Positions 31,724-41,431 of a stretch of DNA of 62,076 bases are shown here, piece by piece. Where the stretch lies: assembly GCA_902800645.1 (NCBI GenBank), contig CADCFC010000001.1, forward strand, positions 188,907 to 250,982, written 5' to 3'. The position numbers and the translations under genes are program-made. The notes under the pieces were generated by a model that was not told the origin of the DNA, made no database searches, and was given only the letters and a program-made list of their open reading frames with translations. The stretch comes from an uncultured Erysipelotrichaceae bacterium (GTDB taxonomy: Bacteria; Bacillota_I; Bacilli_A; RFN20; CAG-826). Numbering within the stretch: position 1 is the stretch's first letter; each line of letters begins with the position of its first letter.

Positions 31724-33410
31724 AATCAACAACTATTACAATTGGTTCAATTAATGGCTCTCGACCATTTTCCCTTTTAATAAACCAACGAATTCGATCT
31801 TTGATTGTATTTTTAGTAGCCTCAATATCTCCACCTTTTTTAAGACATCCATTAATCTCTTCGGTATATATTTGCGTAATCGATTTAAGTAGAGGTTCGG
31901 CTTCTTTAACGTAAACAAATCCACGCATTTGGCAATCAGGGCCTGCAATAATTCTCTTTTCTTTATTTGAGATTGTTGAAGCGATGACAACCGCCCCATC
32001 AACACCCATCTTTAATCTAGACTCGATGATTTCTTCATCATATCTAGTTACACCTTTACCATCGACTAGAGTAGGAGAAACATCGATTCCAGTGACTTCA
32101 TTAGGCAAAACAACTGGTCTCTTATTTTCTTCAAAAATAAGTTGCATACCATTATCAAGCACAAAGACATTCATATGGTTAAGACCAACGCCTAAAGATA
32201 CAGCGAGTTTGGCATTATCCATAATCTTTGTGTAATTACCTCTAACAGGGAGATAATATTTTGGTTTAAATAAATTAATAATGAAGCGAATATCATCTTC
32301 GTTTGCGTGCATTGCACTGACATCTTTATTCTTGAGCCAGACGACTTCACAATTAGTGCGATAAACCATATCCATCGCTCTAGTGGCAATCGTTTCAAAA
32401 CTTGGGCGAGGAACTGCAGTATTAATAAAGATATCATCAGGTTCAATCTTGATGCGTTTATCAGCGTTAGTGTTATTAACTAAAGAAAATATTTCTTTAA
32501 AGATATCATCATTTTGACCAACAAGAAGAATAACTAAATCATTTTTCTTAATGCGCAAGAAATCTTCTTTTTTTATGAAATCGCTCGTAGTTAATGAACC
32601 GGTTCCAGTCGCTGCAACGATTTGATTCATAATCGTATAGGTATAACTATCGTAGCAGAAAATCTTTTTACCATATTTTTTAAGTAGACGAATAATCTCT
32701 CTAATACGGTACATATTTTGCCAATAGCAAGTAACGAATAATCTTTTACCAGCTTTAAAGCTGCTATCTAATAAATCTGCACTTCTATGTTTAGGGGAGC
32801 AATAGCCTTTTTTATCAGCATTTTTACTTTCCGCCATAAGTAGAAGAGTTTCTTCTTTTGCAATTTCGTTAGCCATAGAAAGATCAAATTTATAATTGCT
32901 TTCTTCAGCAGCAAAATTGATGATAAAGTCACCAGTAAAAACAATATTTCCTAAAGAAGTAGAAATAGCTACTCCACAACTATTAGCGGCGTTATGACAA
33001 GTTTGGAAAAATCTCACTCGACGATTAGCAATAATAATATCATCGCTTGGATTTATGATTTTAAAATCATAATGAAGCTTTTGTTGATCATAAATTGCGA
33101 GCTGTCCTTCCATAATTGTCATCGTAGTTCTCGTACAATAAACTGGAGCAGGAGCGTATTTATAAATATGTCGCAAAGCACCCATCGATTCATCGTGACC
33201 ATGGGTAATAATATAGGCTTTTATTCGCGCAGAATTTTTAATTAAATAATCAAAATTAGGGAGTAAGGCATCTACACCAGGAATTGTTTTGTCAGGTAAA
33301 GTTTGTCCGCAGTCGATAACAAAAATATCATTGTTAATCTCAATGACATAACAATCGCGACCATCCTCATCTAAACCAGCTAAAGCAAAGACCTTAATTT
33401 TGTCAGCCAT
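31722..33410 (-). CDS. rnjB: Ribonuclease J, J2-like (degenerate metal ligands)
   Basis: THGHDESMG, VFTGDF, GPDCQMRGFV, REPLIEP; beta-CASP architecture. Confidence 0.8.
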   Translation of the reverse strand: MADKIKVFALAGLDEDGRDCYVIEINNDIFVIDCGQTLPDKTIPGVDALLPNFDYLIKNSARIKAYIITHGHDESMGALRHIYKYAPAPVYCTRTTMTIMEGQLAIYDQQKLHYDFKIINPSDDIIIANRRVRFFQTCHNAANSCGVAISTSLGNIVFTGDFIINFAAEESNYKFDLSMANEIAKEETLLLMAESKNADKKGYCSPKHRSADLLDSSFKAGKRLFVTCYWQNMYRIREIIRLLKKYGKKIFCYDSYTYTIMNQIVAATGTGSLTTSDFIKKEDFLRIKKNDLVILLVGQNDDIFKEIFSLVNNTNADKRIKIEPDDIFINTAVPRPSFETIATRAMDMVYRTNCEVVWLKNKDVSAMHANEDDIRFIINLFKPKYYLPVRGNYTKIMDNAKLAVSLGVGLNHMNVFVLDNGMQLIFEENKRPVVLPNEVTGIDVSPTLVDGKGVTRYDEEIIESRLKMGVDGAVVIASTISNKEKRIIAGPDCQMRGFVYVKEAEPLLKSITQIYTEEINGCLKKGGDIEATKNTIKDRIRWFIKRENGREPLIEPIVIVVD

Positions 33411-33490
33411 AAAACTCCTTTAATTCAAAAACATTGACTATATTTGTTTTCTTAGCCTTATTTTAGCAAATTAACTATTTAATTCAATAG

Positions 33491-33832
33491 TTATTTAATG
33501 TTTTTAGTAATAACAATATCTGCGCCTAAACCAAGAACATTGCTAATAGCAATATCCCCGATATGAGTTGGAGCATCCACTCCAACCTTATTAATTTCTT
33601 CCATGACATCAAAGATTTTTCCTTTTGGGATTGATGTACTAGTTTTGACAGAGACGACACAGTTCTCTCTGTTTTTAACCCTCATAAACGAAGTAATCAT
33701 TCTTTTAGGATTCGTTAATTCGTCTTTAGCATATTGCGCTCCACGAGGACAAGAATTGCCAGTAACATTTAATTCGTCATCAATGGTTAATCGACATCCT
33801 CTAGGACAGACGATACATGTTAATTCTTTCAT
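33491..33832 (-). CDS. DUF1667 CxxC protein
   Basis: LTCIVCPRGC, GNSCPRG, VSVKT. Confidence 0.88.
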   Translation of the reverse strand: MKELTCIVCPRGCRLTIDDELNVTGNSCPRGAQYAKDELTNPKRMITSFMRVKNRENCVVSVKTSTSIPKGKIFDVMEEINKVGVDAPTHIGDIAISNVLGLGADIVITKNIK

Positions 33833-35088
33833 TATTTTCTTTCCTCCAAAGAGACTTCAATTTCATCTACTGGGAGATTTTCAAGTTTGCTCTTATTAAT
33901 CTTAATCATCACCATTTCACTTGGAATAAGAACCATCTTCACAACCTTTTGAATAAGAGTGTCGCCACTTTTAAAATTCACAAAGACATCTTTAATTGGT
34001 TTACGAACTCTAAACTTAAAGGTGATGTCATTATTTAAGTCAGTCTCAATATATTGAGGAATGACATATCCAACACCATTTCCAGGTTTAACAGTGATAT
34101 GACGCTTCTTCTCGCTTAACCCCTTGATATAGTTAGCGGCGCCTCTACCAGCTTCTCTTCCTTCGTCAGTAACAAAGTCGACAACATCATGGACGTGTAA
34201 ACAGTTACCACAAGCAAATACACCAGGAATAGAAGTCATGAGTTGATCATTAACTTTAGCACCTTTAGTAGAAGACATTTCAGCGTGTAATTTGTCTAAA
34301 AGGCTCACATAAGGAATTAATCCAACAGATAAAAGCAATGTATCACATTCAAATTCCATCTCAGTTCCTGGGATGAATTTCATCTTATCATCAACAGCAG
34401 CAAGAACTACTTTTTCTACCCTACCACTCTTACCTTCAACTCTTAAAACTGAGCGAGATAAATAAAGAGGAATATTGTAGTCGTTTAAACATTGAGCAAT
34501 GTTACGATTTAAGCCGTTAGAATAAGGCATGAGTTCAGAAACACAAAGGACTTTTGCGCCTTCTAAAGTCATACGTCTAGCCATGATTAAGCCGATATCA
34601 CCACTACCAAGAATGACAATACGTTTACCAGCTAAATATCCATGGATATTTAAATATTTTTGAGCTGTTCCAGCAGTAATAATACCACTGCAACGATCTC
34701 CACTTAATTGAATCGCACCAGCGCTTCTTTCATAACATCCAGTAGCGAAAACAATTGCTTTTGCTTCAATATTTACTATTCCATCATTAGCGTTGGAATA
34801 TGTAACAACTTTGTTTTCGGTGACATCAAGAACAAGAGAATCAAGTTTGTATTCAATTCCCATCTCTTTTACAACATCAGCGAATCTTGATAAATATTCA
34901 GGGCCTGTTAATTCTTCTTTGAATTCAGTTAAACCAAATCCATTATGAATGCATTGGTTTAAAATACCACCCAAAACATTATCCTTTTCAAGGATAAGAA
35001 TATCGTCGATTCCGTTTTTCTTCGCTTCAATAGCGGCCGCCATACCAGCGGAACCACCACCAATAATAACTAAATCACGTTTAATCAT
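33832..35088 (-). CDS. FAD/NAD(P)-dependent pyridine nucleotide-disulfide oxidoreductase
   Basis: IGGGSAG, GILNQCIHNGFG, GSGDIGLIMARR, CGNCLHVHD. Confidence 0.9.
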   Translation of the reverse strand: MIKRDLVIIGGGSAGMAAAIEAKKNGIDDILILEKDNVLGGILNQCIHNGFGLTEFKEELTGPEYLSRFADVVKEMGIEYKLDSLVLDVTENKVVTYSNANDGIVNIEAKAIVFATGCYERSAGAIQLSGDRCSGIITAGTAQKYLNIHGYLAGKRIVILGSGDIGLIMARRMTLEGAKVLCVSELMPYSNGLNRNIAQCLNDYNIPLYLSRSVLRVEGKSGRVEKVVLAAVDDKMKFIPGTEMEFECDTLLLSVGLIPYVSLLDKLHAEMSSTKGAKVNDQLMTSIPGVFACGNCLHVHDVVDFVTDEGREAGRGAANYIKGLSEKKRHITVKPGNGVGYVIPQYIETDLNNDITFKFRVRKPIKDVFVNFKSGDTLIQKVVKMVLIPSEMVMIKINKSKLENLPVDEIEVSLEERK

Positions 35089-36518
35089 AATTTCTTCACC
35101 TCTTCCACGAGGATATTAGATGACTCTTTATCCCATTTGATATCTAAAGGAGAAACTCCATAATGTTTAGCAAGAATTAAAGTGACCATTGGAGAACAGA
35201 ATCCACCTTGGCATTTACCAAAGCCTGCTCTACATCTTCTTTTAACTCCTTTTACTGTGGTAGGAGGAACGGAACGGGTTAATAGTTCTTTAATTTCACC
35301 TAAAGATACTTTTTCACAGCTACAAATAATCTTTCCAAAATCTGGATCTTCTTTGATTATTCTATTTCTTTCCTCTTCGTTCATATCGCATAAACGACGA
35401 TATTTCTTAACACGAGGATTGAAGTTTTTCTTTTCAACTAAATTAAATAATTTAGAAACGTAATTCTCAAATACATATTCCGCAATCGCAGGAGAAGATA
35501 CAAGTCCTGGAGATTCAATACCAGCAACGTTAATAAATCTCTTGTTGCTCTTTGCAGGTTCAATAATGAAATCGTGTCTAGTTGAGGTTGGTCTAATGCC
35601 AGAGAACACTCTAATAACTTGGTTAAACGGAATATCAGGAACGAGCTCAGTTGCTTGTCTTCTAATTTCACCAAGAGTGTAGCTATCAGTAGCAAAATCT
35701 TCAACATCATCAATTGGTTCGCTACTAGGTCCAACAATGTAGTTATTACTACTAGTCATAGAAACAAGAACGCCTTTTCCTTTTGCGCTAGGAAGAGGGA
35801 ATATTGTGTGATTGACTAATCCGACATCGTAATGGTCTAAAACAAAATATTCGCCTTTACGAGGAATGAGTTTCCAATCGATATCTTCAATCATGCTAGC
35901 GATTTTATCGCTATATAAACCAGCCGCGTTAATCACCACTTTAGTTTCATATTCACCTTTAGAGGTTTTAACTAAAAAGTGATCACCTAAATCTTTAATA
36001 TCAACAACTGGTTCACTTAAGTGGAGTTCAACGCCATTATCAACCGCGTTTTCAACACAGTGAACAACTAAATTAAATGGATCGATAACTCCAGCTGTTG
36101 GAGCGAGTAGTGCCCCTTTTACTTCTTTAGAAATATGAGGTTCCATCGCCATCACTTCTTCTTTAGAAAGAAGTTTAACAGGAACACCATTTTCTTTACT
36201 TCTAATCACTAAATCATCAAGCATCTTTAGTTGCTCATCAGTGACAGCAACTGTTAAAGAGCCACAACGAGAAAAGTGAACATCAAGTTCATCACTAATC
36301 TCATCAAACATCGCATTACCGCGAACATTCAAAAGTGCTTTTAAGGTATGAGGCACTGGGTCATAACCGCTATGAACGATTGCACTATTAGCGTTACTCG
36401 TAACATTTCCAACGTCACTCTCCCTTTCAAAAAGAGCGACATCCAATTGGTAACGGGACAACTTCCTAGCGATAAAAGCACCGGAGACACCTGCGCCTAT
36501 GATAATTACATCTCTCAT
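35085..36518 (-). CDS. GlpA/LhgO-like FAD oxidoreductase with C-terminal BFD-type [2Fe-2S] domain
   Basis: IIGAGVSG, NSAIVHSG, GIESPGL, CSCE...RAGFGKCQGGFC. Confidence 0.88.
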   Translation of the reverse strand: MRDVIIIGAGVSGAFIARKLSRYQLDVALFERESDVGNVTSNANSAIVHSGYDPVPHTLKALLNVRGNAMFDEISDELDVHFSRCGSLTVAVTDEQLKMLDDLVIRSKENGVPVKLLSKEEVMAMEPHISKEVKGALLAPTAGVIDPFNLVVHCVENAVDNGVELHLSEPVVDIKDLGDHFLVKTSKGEYETKVVINAAGLYSDKIASMIEDIDWKLIPRKGEYFVLDHYDVGLVNHTIFPLPSAKGKGVLVSMTSSNNYIVGPSSEPIDDVEDFATDSYTLGEIRRQATELVPDIPFNQVIRVFSGIRPTSTRHDFIIEPAKSNKRFINVAGIESPGLVSSPAIAEYVFENYVSKLFNLVEKKNFNPRVKKYRRLCDMNEEERNRIIKEDPDFGKIICSCEKVSLGEIKELLTRSVPPTTVKGVKRRCRAGFGKCQGGFCSPMVTLILAKHYGVSPLDIKWDKESSNILVEEVKKL

Positions 36519-36533
36519 ATACTTTTATTATAT

Positions 36534-36562
36534 AAAAAACTCTCGAAAATTCGAGAGTATTT
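36534..36562 (-). terminator. Intrinsic terminator after pnp
   Basis: ACTCTCGAA..TTCGAGAGT stem plus T-tract. Confidence 0.7.
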
Positions 36563-36573
36563 TAATTTATTTT

Positions 36574-38793
36574 TTATTTTCTGAATTTACGTGGTCCTTT
36601 AACCGACTTATCAGGACGAGCATTGTGCTCTAATTTTCTTCCTTCAAAGCGATCAAGTTTTCTGCCTTCTTCTTCAGCTGGCTTTTCCATAAATTCTTTA
36701 GCGGAGACCTTAACTTTTCCGTGGTCATCGATTTCGATTACACGAACTTTTAATGTATCTCCAACTTTGACGACATCGCTGGCTTTATTAATGTATCCCC
36801 AACCTAAGCGGGAAACATGGCACAAGCCTTCAACGTTACCGAAGAGTTTAACGAACGCACCATAATCTTCAACTCTAGTGACTTCGCCTTCAAATTCTTC
36901 ACCAACTTTTGCTTCTCTAACAATATCAAGGATGATTTGTTTTGCTTTGTTGATGACTTCTCTATCCATGTGGTAGAGAGTGACTTGTCCATTATCTTCG
37001 ATATCAATCTTAACGTTATCGCATTGAGCGATGATTTCGTTAATGACTTTACCACCAGTACCGATAACGTCTCTAATCTTATCTTCATCAATGAAGAAGG
37101 TATCCATCTTAGGAGCGTATTTACCGACGTCTGGACGTGGTTCACTAATCGCTTTCTTCATCACTTCACGGATTTTAGCTCTCGCTTCATGAGCTTGGGC
37201 TAAAGCTTCGCGTAGAACTTCTTTAGTGACACCTTTAATCTTGATATCCATTTGTAAGGCGGTAATACCTTTTTCAGTACCAGCAACCTTGAAGTCCATA
37301 TCACCGAAGTGATCTTCTAATCCTTGAATATCAGTAAGGATGGTATATGGGTGTTTGCCATCGAGTGGTCCAGAGCTAATTAATCCCATAGCGATACCAC
37401 TAACGATACCTTTAATTGGGACACCAGCGGCCATAAGTGACATACATGAAGCACAAATACTTGCTTGAGAAGAGGAACCATTAGATTCAACAACTTCAGC
37501 AACAGTTCTAATTGTGTATGGGAATTCTTCGGCACTAGGAATAACGTAAGATAACGCTCTTTCACCTAATGCACCGTGACCGATTTCTCTTCTTCCTGGA
37601 GAGCCCATTCTTCCAACTTCACCAACAGAATATGGTGGGAAGTTATAATGATGCATCCAGTGACGAGTTTCTTCATCGGTTAAGTTATCGATGATTTGTT
37701 CATCGCTCTTAGCACCTAAGGTAGTAACAGAGATGACTTGAGTTTGTCCACGGGTGAACATCGCAGAACCATGAGTTCTTGGGAGTAAATCGACTTGAGC
37801 GTCCAAAGGACGAATCTCATCAACTTTACGTCCATCAGGTCTAATTTTCTCATCAGTGATTAATCTTCTCACTTCTTTAGCGACTAACTTTTCAAGGGTT
37901 TCTTTAACCATTGATAAAGTCTTTTGGTGAGTCTTTTCATCTTCATATTTACGAGTGTCGTAATCTTCAATGATTTCGTTTTCAATCGCATCAATCGCGT
38001 CTTGTCTTTCGAGCTTGTCGAAGATAGAGATGGCTTTAACTAAACGAGCTTCCGCTCTTTCAGTGACATCTTTTTCGATGACTGGATCACAGACATATAA
38101 ATCGATGTGACGTTTTTCTTTGCCGATTTCCTTAATGATTTTTTCTTGCCAGACACAGAGCTTTTTAATAGCCTCGTGACCAAACATTAAGGCGTCAAGC
38201 ATATCTTCTTCACTAACTTGATCAGCACCGGCTTCAACCATGTTAATGGCTTCTTTAGTACCAGCAACTGCTAAGTTAATATCGGAATGAGCTTTTTCTT
38301 CCACTGTTGGGTTAATGACGAATTTGCCGTTAACTCTTCCGACGTATACACCAGCGATAGGACCATCAAATGGAATATCAGAGATTCCAAGAGCTAAGCT
38401 TGATCCGAGCATCGCGGTCATTTCTGGTGTGCAGTCTTGGTCGACTGACATAACAGTGTTAACAATTTGGACTTCGTTACGGAATCCTTCGGAGAACATT
38501 GGTCTAATTGGACGATCAATTAATCTTGCGGTTAAGGTAGCGTGTTCTCCCGCTCTACCTTCTCTTCTTAAAAACGATCCTGGAATTTTACCAACGGCGT
38601 ATTGTTTTTCTTCATAACCAACTGTTAATGGGAAGAAATCGCCTTCTTTTGGTAAATCAGAAGCACATGCGGTGGAAAGAACAACAGTCTCATTTAATCT
38701 TACAAGAACTGCGCCGTCGGCTTGTTTAGCAATTTCGCCTGCCTCGACGACAAACTTCTTTCCTTCGAATTCTAATTCGAATACTTTTTTCAT
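36574..38793 (-). CDS. pnp: Polyribonucleotide nucleotidyltransferase (PNPase)
   Basis: [40 protein letters not shown] and S1 domains; start set at MKKVFELE. Confidence 0.98.
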   Translation of the reverse strand: MKKVFELEFEGKKFVVEAGEIAKQADGAVLVRLNETVVLSTACASDLPKEGDFFPLTVGYEEKQYAVGKIPGSFLRREGRAGEHATLTARLIDRPIRPMFSEGFRNEVQIVNTVMSVDQDCTPEMTAMLGSSLALGISDIPFDGPIAGVYVGRVNGKFVINPTVEEKAHSDINLAVAGTKEAINMVEAGADQVSEEDMLDALMFGHEAIKKLCVWQEKIIKEIGKEKRHIDLYVCDPVIEKDVTERAEARLVKAISIFDKLERQDAIDAIENEIIEDYDTRKYEDEKTHQKTLSMVKETLEKLVAKEVRRLITDEKIRPDGRKVDEIRPLDAQVDLLPRTHGSAMFTRGQTQVISVTTLGAKSDEQIIDNLTDEETRHWMHHYNFPPYSVGEVGRMGSPGRREIGHGALGERALSYVIPSAEEFPYTIRTVAEVVESNGSSSQASICASCMSLMAAGVPIKGIVSGIAMGLISSGPLDGKHPYTILTDIQGLEDHFGDMDFKVAGTEKGITALQMDIKIKGVTKEVLREALAQAHEARAKIREVMKKAISEPRPDVGKYAPKMDTFFIDEDKIRDVIGTGGKVINEIIAQCDNVKIDIEDNGQVTLYHMDREVINKAKQIILDIVREAKVGEEFEGEVTRVEDYGAFVKLFGNVEGLCHVSRLGWGYINKASDVVKVGDTLKVRVIEIDDHGKVKVSAKEFMEKPAEEEGRKLDRFEGRKLEHNARPDKSVKGPRKFRK

Positions 38794-38858
38794 TTCTTTT
38801 TTCTTCTTTCTAAATAACATACGGGAGTATATTAACATTAGTTAATCATCTAATCAAC

Positions 38859-38882
38859 AAAAAAGAAGCACAAGTGCTTCTT
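38859..38882 (-). terminator. Intrinsic terminator after rpsO
   Basis: AAGAAGCAC-TT-GTGCTTCTT followed by T-tract. Confidence 0.7.
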
Positions 38883-38899
38883 ATCTGTTTTTCTTTCGC

Positions 38900-39169
38900 T
38901 TATTTTCTTAAGCCGAGAGCAACGATGAGTCTTAAATAAGATTCACGGTCTGTTCTAGCTAAATAATCAAGTAAGCTTCTACGTTGACCAACGAGAATCA
39001 TTAAGCCTCTTTTACTAGCGGCGTCTTTGTGATTCTTCTTTAGGTGTTCAGTTAACGCTTTGATTTGTTCGGTGAGTAAGGCAACTTGAACTTCAACAGA
39101 ACCAGTGTCTTTTTCATTCTTACCGAATGTCTTGACGATTTCAGCTTTTCTTTCTTTGGAAAGTGCCAT
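38900..39169 (-). CDS. rpsO: 30S ribosomal protein S15
   Basis: DTGSVEVQVALLT, VGQRRSLLDYL. Confidence 0.98.
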   Translation of the reverse strand: MALSKERKAEIVKTFGKNEKDTGSVEVQVALLTEQIKALTEHLKKNHKDAASKRGLMILVGQRRSLLDYLARTDRESYLRLIVALGLRK

Positions 39170-39194
39170 CGCTAAGTTCCTCCTTATTTTTTCT

Positions 39195-39255
39195 TAACTT
39201 AAGCCCGGGATGTTCGTTGAGGATTCGAAACTCCTAGAAATAAGTCGCTGGTAGT
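39195..39255 (-). promoter_or_regulatory. Candidate S15 autoregulatory leader RNA
   Basis: GC-enriched 5' UTR able to pair GACTTA/TAAGTT and GGA-GTTTCG/CGAAC-ATCC, directly upstream of the rpsO SD. Confidence 0.5.
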
Positions 39256-39314
39256 ATCTTATATTAATTATTTACTAAAAGTAAAGATAAATATTATGAA
39301 AATATATATCTCAA

Positions 39315-40214
39315 TTAGTTTAATTCATTTTTTGCGCATTCTTTGTCTTTTTCAAGTTGCGCTTTCAAATCTTCTAAGCTCGCAAATTTTTGAATGTCAC
39401 GAATATATTTTATGAATTGAACCTCGATCTCTTTGCCGTATAGATTATCGTGGTAATTTAGTAAATGGACCTCAATGATTGGATCTTTAAGTTCCATGAT
39501 GGTTGGATGGGTACTCATAGAGATAATTGATTTATATCTTTTTCCAAGTAGCTTAACATAACCGATATAAACACCGATTTTTGGAAGCACATATGGGTAA
39601 GTTAAATCTAAATTAGCGGTTGGAAAGCCAATCTTCATTCCATTATGACTTCCTTCCACTATCATACCGCTAACTGAATATGGGCGATTAAGGAGTTTAT
39701 GAACGCTTTCCATTTCTCCATTATTAATAAGTTCTCTAATCACTCTACTACTAACTTTTTTATCTTCGATAGTTAATAAAGGATAAACGTAGACATCAAA
39801 ATATTTTTTAAGATCTTCTTTATCCCCACTTGCGGCTTTTCCAAAATGATAATCCTCACCAATATAAATCCTTTGAGGATTTATTTTAAGTAGAATCTTA
39901 TTGATAAAATCTTCTTTAGAGACATCCAATAATTCTTTACAAACTCTTAAAACATAGAGGTATTTAACACCCAACTCTTTAAGAATATTTGCCTTATCAA
40001 ATAGGGAAGTAATGTGAGAATATTTGATACTTTTCCCAAGTATAAAAGAAGGAGAAATATCAAAAGTCATCACTCCGGTGTCTCTTTCTTTAACCGCCTC
40101 TTTAATCATCTTTTGATGACCGATATGAACACCATCAAAATAACCGAGAACGAGGTTAATGTCACTATTTTCACTCAGTTCAATTTTGTTGATGTCGATT
40201 TCAATAATTTGCAC
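39315..40214 (-). CDS. ribF: Bifunctional riboflavin kinase/FAD synthetase
   Basis: LGYFDGVHIGH, VSSRVIR, IGFPTAN, EVHLL. Confidence 0.96.
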   Translation of the reverse strand: MQIIEIDINKIELSENSDINLVLGYFDGVHIGHQKMIKEAVKERDTGVMTFDISPSFILGKSIKYSHITSLFDKANILKELGVKYLYVLRVCKELLDVSKEDFINKILLKINPQRIYIGEDYHFGKAASGDKEDLKKYFDVYVYPLLTIEDKKVSSRVIRELINNGEMESVHKLLNRPYSVSGMIVEGSHNGMKIGFPTANLDLTYPYVLPKIGVYIGYVKLLGKRYKSIISMSTHPTIMELKDPIIEVHLLNYHDNLYGKEIEVQFIKYIRDIQKFASLEDLKAQLEKDKECAKNELN

Positions 40215-41078
40215 TTAAAATAATCCTCTAACAAATCTAAATTTGTTATTCTCTTTTTGATATATAGCGATAGCGGTTTTATTACTATCACTAACTAATA
40301 TTGTATTCTTATTTGTACTAAAATCTAAATATGTTCTTTTTCCGTTTTTAATATCTTCAATATCGCTATCTTTTAAAGTCACTACTTCAATAAAACGAGA
40401 AAGAATCTCATAAGTGGAATATATCTTATAGTTATTATTAGCTAAATCAGTTAAGGAATAAGCTTCATCAACTTTAAAGCAATCAACAGAAATTCTTCTT
40501 AATTGGATCAAGTGACCTACAGTATCAAGTTTATTAGCAATGTCACTACCGAGACTTCTAATATATGTCCCTTTAGATACTTTACAGTAGAATCTAATAG
40601 TAGAATCATTCTTATTATAATCGAGTAATTTAATGTCAAAGACATTAATTTTACGCGTAGGTCTATCGACTTCTATTCCTTTATGCGCATACTCATATAA
40701 TCTTTTCCCGTTCACGTGAATTGCACTAGTTAAAGGAGGAATTTGTTCGCTTTCCCCTAAAAAAGAAAGGAGGACTTTACTAATTTGTTCTTCGTTTAAT
40801 TCTTTGACACTTTTAGTTTCAATGACTTCACTTTCATTATCTAAAGTTGAAGTTGCTTCTCCAAGTTTTAAGGTTGCTTCATATTCTTTAATAGAATCTT
40901 TAAAGAAAGTAACCGCTTTTGTTGATTTACCAAAGGCCATAATAAGTAAGCCACTAGCAAAAGGATCGAGAGTACCGACATATCCAACTTTTTTCTCGTT
41001 AAATAGTCTCGCTAACTTATTAGCGCTACTACGACTAGTTTCTCCAATAGGTTTATCGAATAATAAAATTCCGTCCAT
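40215..41078 (-). CDS. truB: tRNA pseudouridine(55) synthase
   Basis: GTLDPFASGLL, SKGTYIRSL. Confidence 0.96.
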   Translation of the reverse strand: MDGILLFDKPIGETSRSSANKLARLFNEKKVGYVGTLDPFASGLLIMAFGKSTKAVTFFKDSIKEYEATLKLGEATSTLDNESEVIETKSVKELNEEQISKVLLSFLGESEQIPPLTSAIHVNGKRLYEYAHKGIEVDRPTRKINVFDIKLLDYNKNDSTIRFYCKVSKGTYIRSLGSDIANKLDTVGHLIQLRRISVDCFKVDEAYSLTDLANNNYKIYSTYEILSRFIEVVTLKDSDIEDIKNGKRTYLDFSTNKNTILVSDSNKTAIAIYQKENNKFRFVRGLF

Positions 41079-41104
41079 AATATAAAAAGAGATATAAATA
41101 TCTC

Positions 41105-41431
41105 TTATTTCTTTAATAATTCTTCAATTCTCTCTTCTTTTTTATATCCTTCATCAAGGACAAAGCGAATTTCAGGGACTCGACGAGTGTCAAGTTTCTT
41201 AGCGAGTTCGCTTCTAATATAGCCTTTCGCTTTATTTAAAACTTCTAAAGAAGGAGCGATATCTTTTTCAATGATGAAAGAGACGTAAACTGTCGCATAA
41301 GAGAAATCCTTAGACACTCTTACTTCAGGGATAGAAACAAATCCTAAGTGAGGATCTTTTACCTGAAATTGAATGATTTCGGCAATGTTCTTTCTAATAA
41401 TAGAAGCAATACGTTCTTGTTTATTCGCCAT
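41105..41431 (-). CDS. rbfA: Ribosome-binding factor A
   Basis: KDPHLGFV, KAKGYIRSEL, RRVPEIRFVLD. Confidence 0.96.
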   Translation of the reverse strand: MANKQERIASIIRKNIAEIIQFQVKDPHLGFVSIPEVRVSKDFSYATVYVSFIIEKDIAPSLEVLNKAKGYIRSELAKKLDTRRVPEIRFVLDEGYKKEERIEELLKK

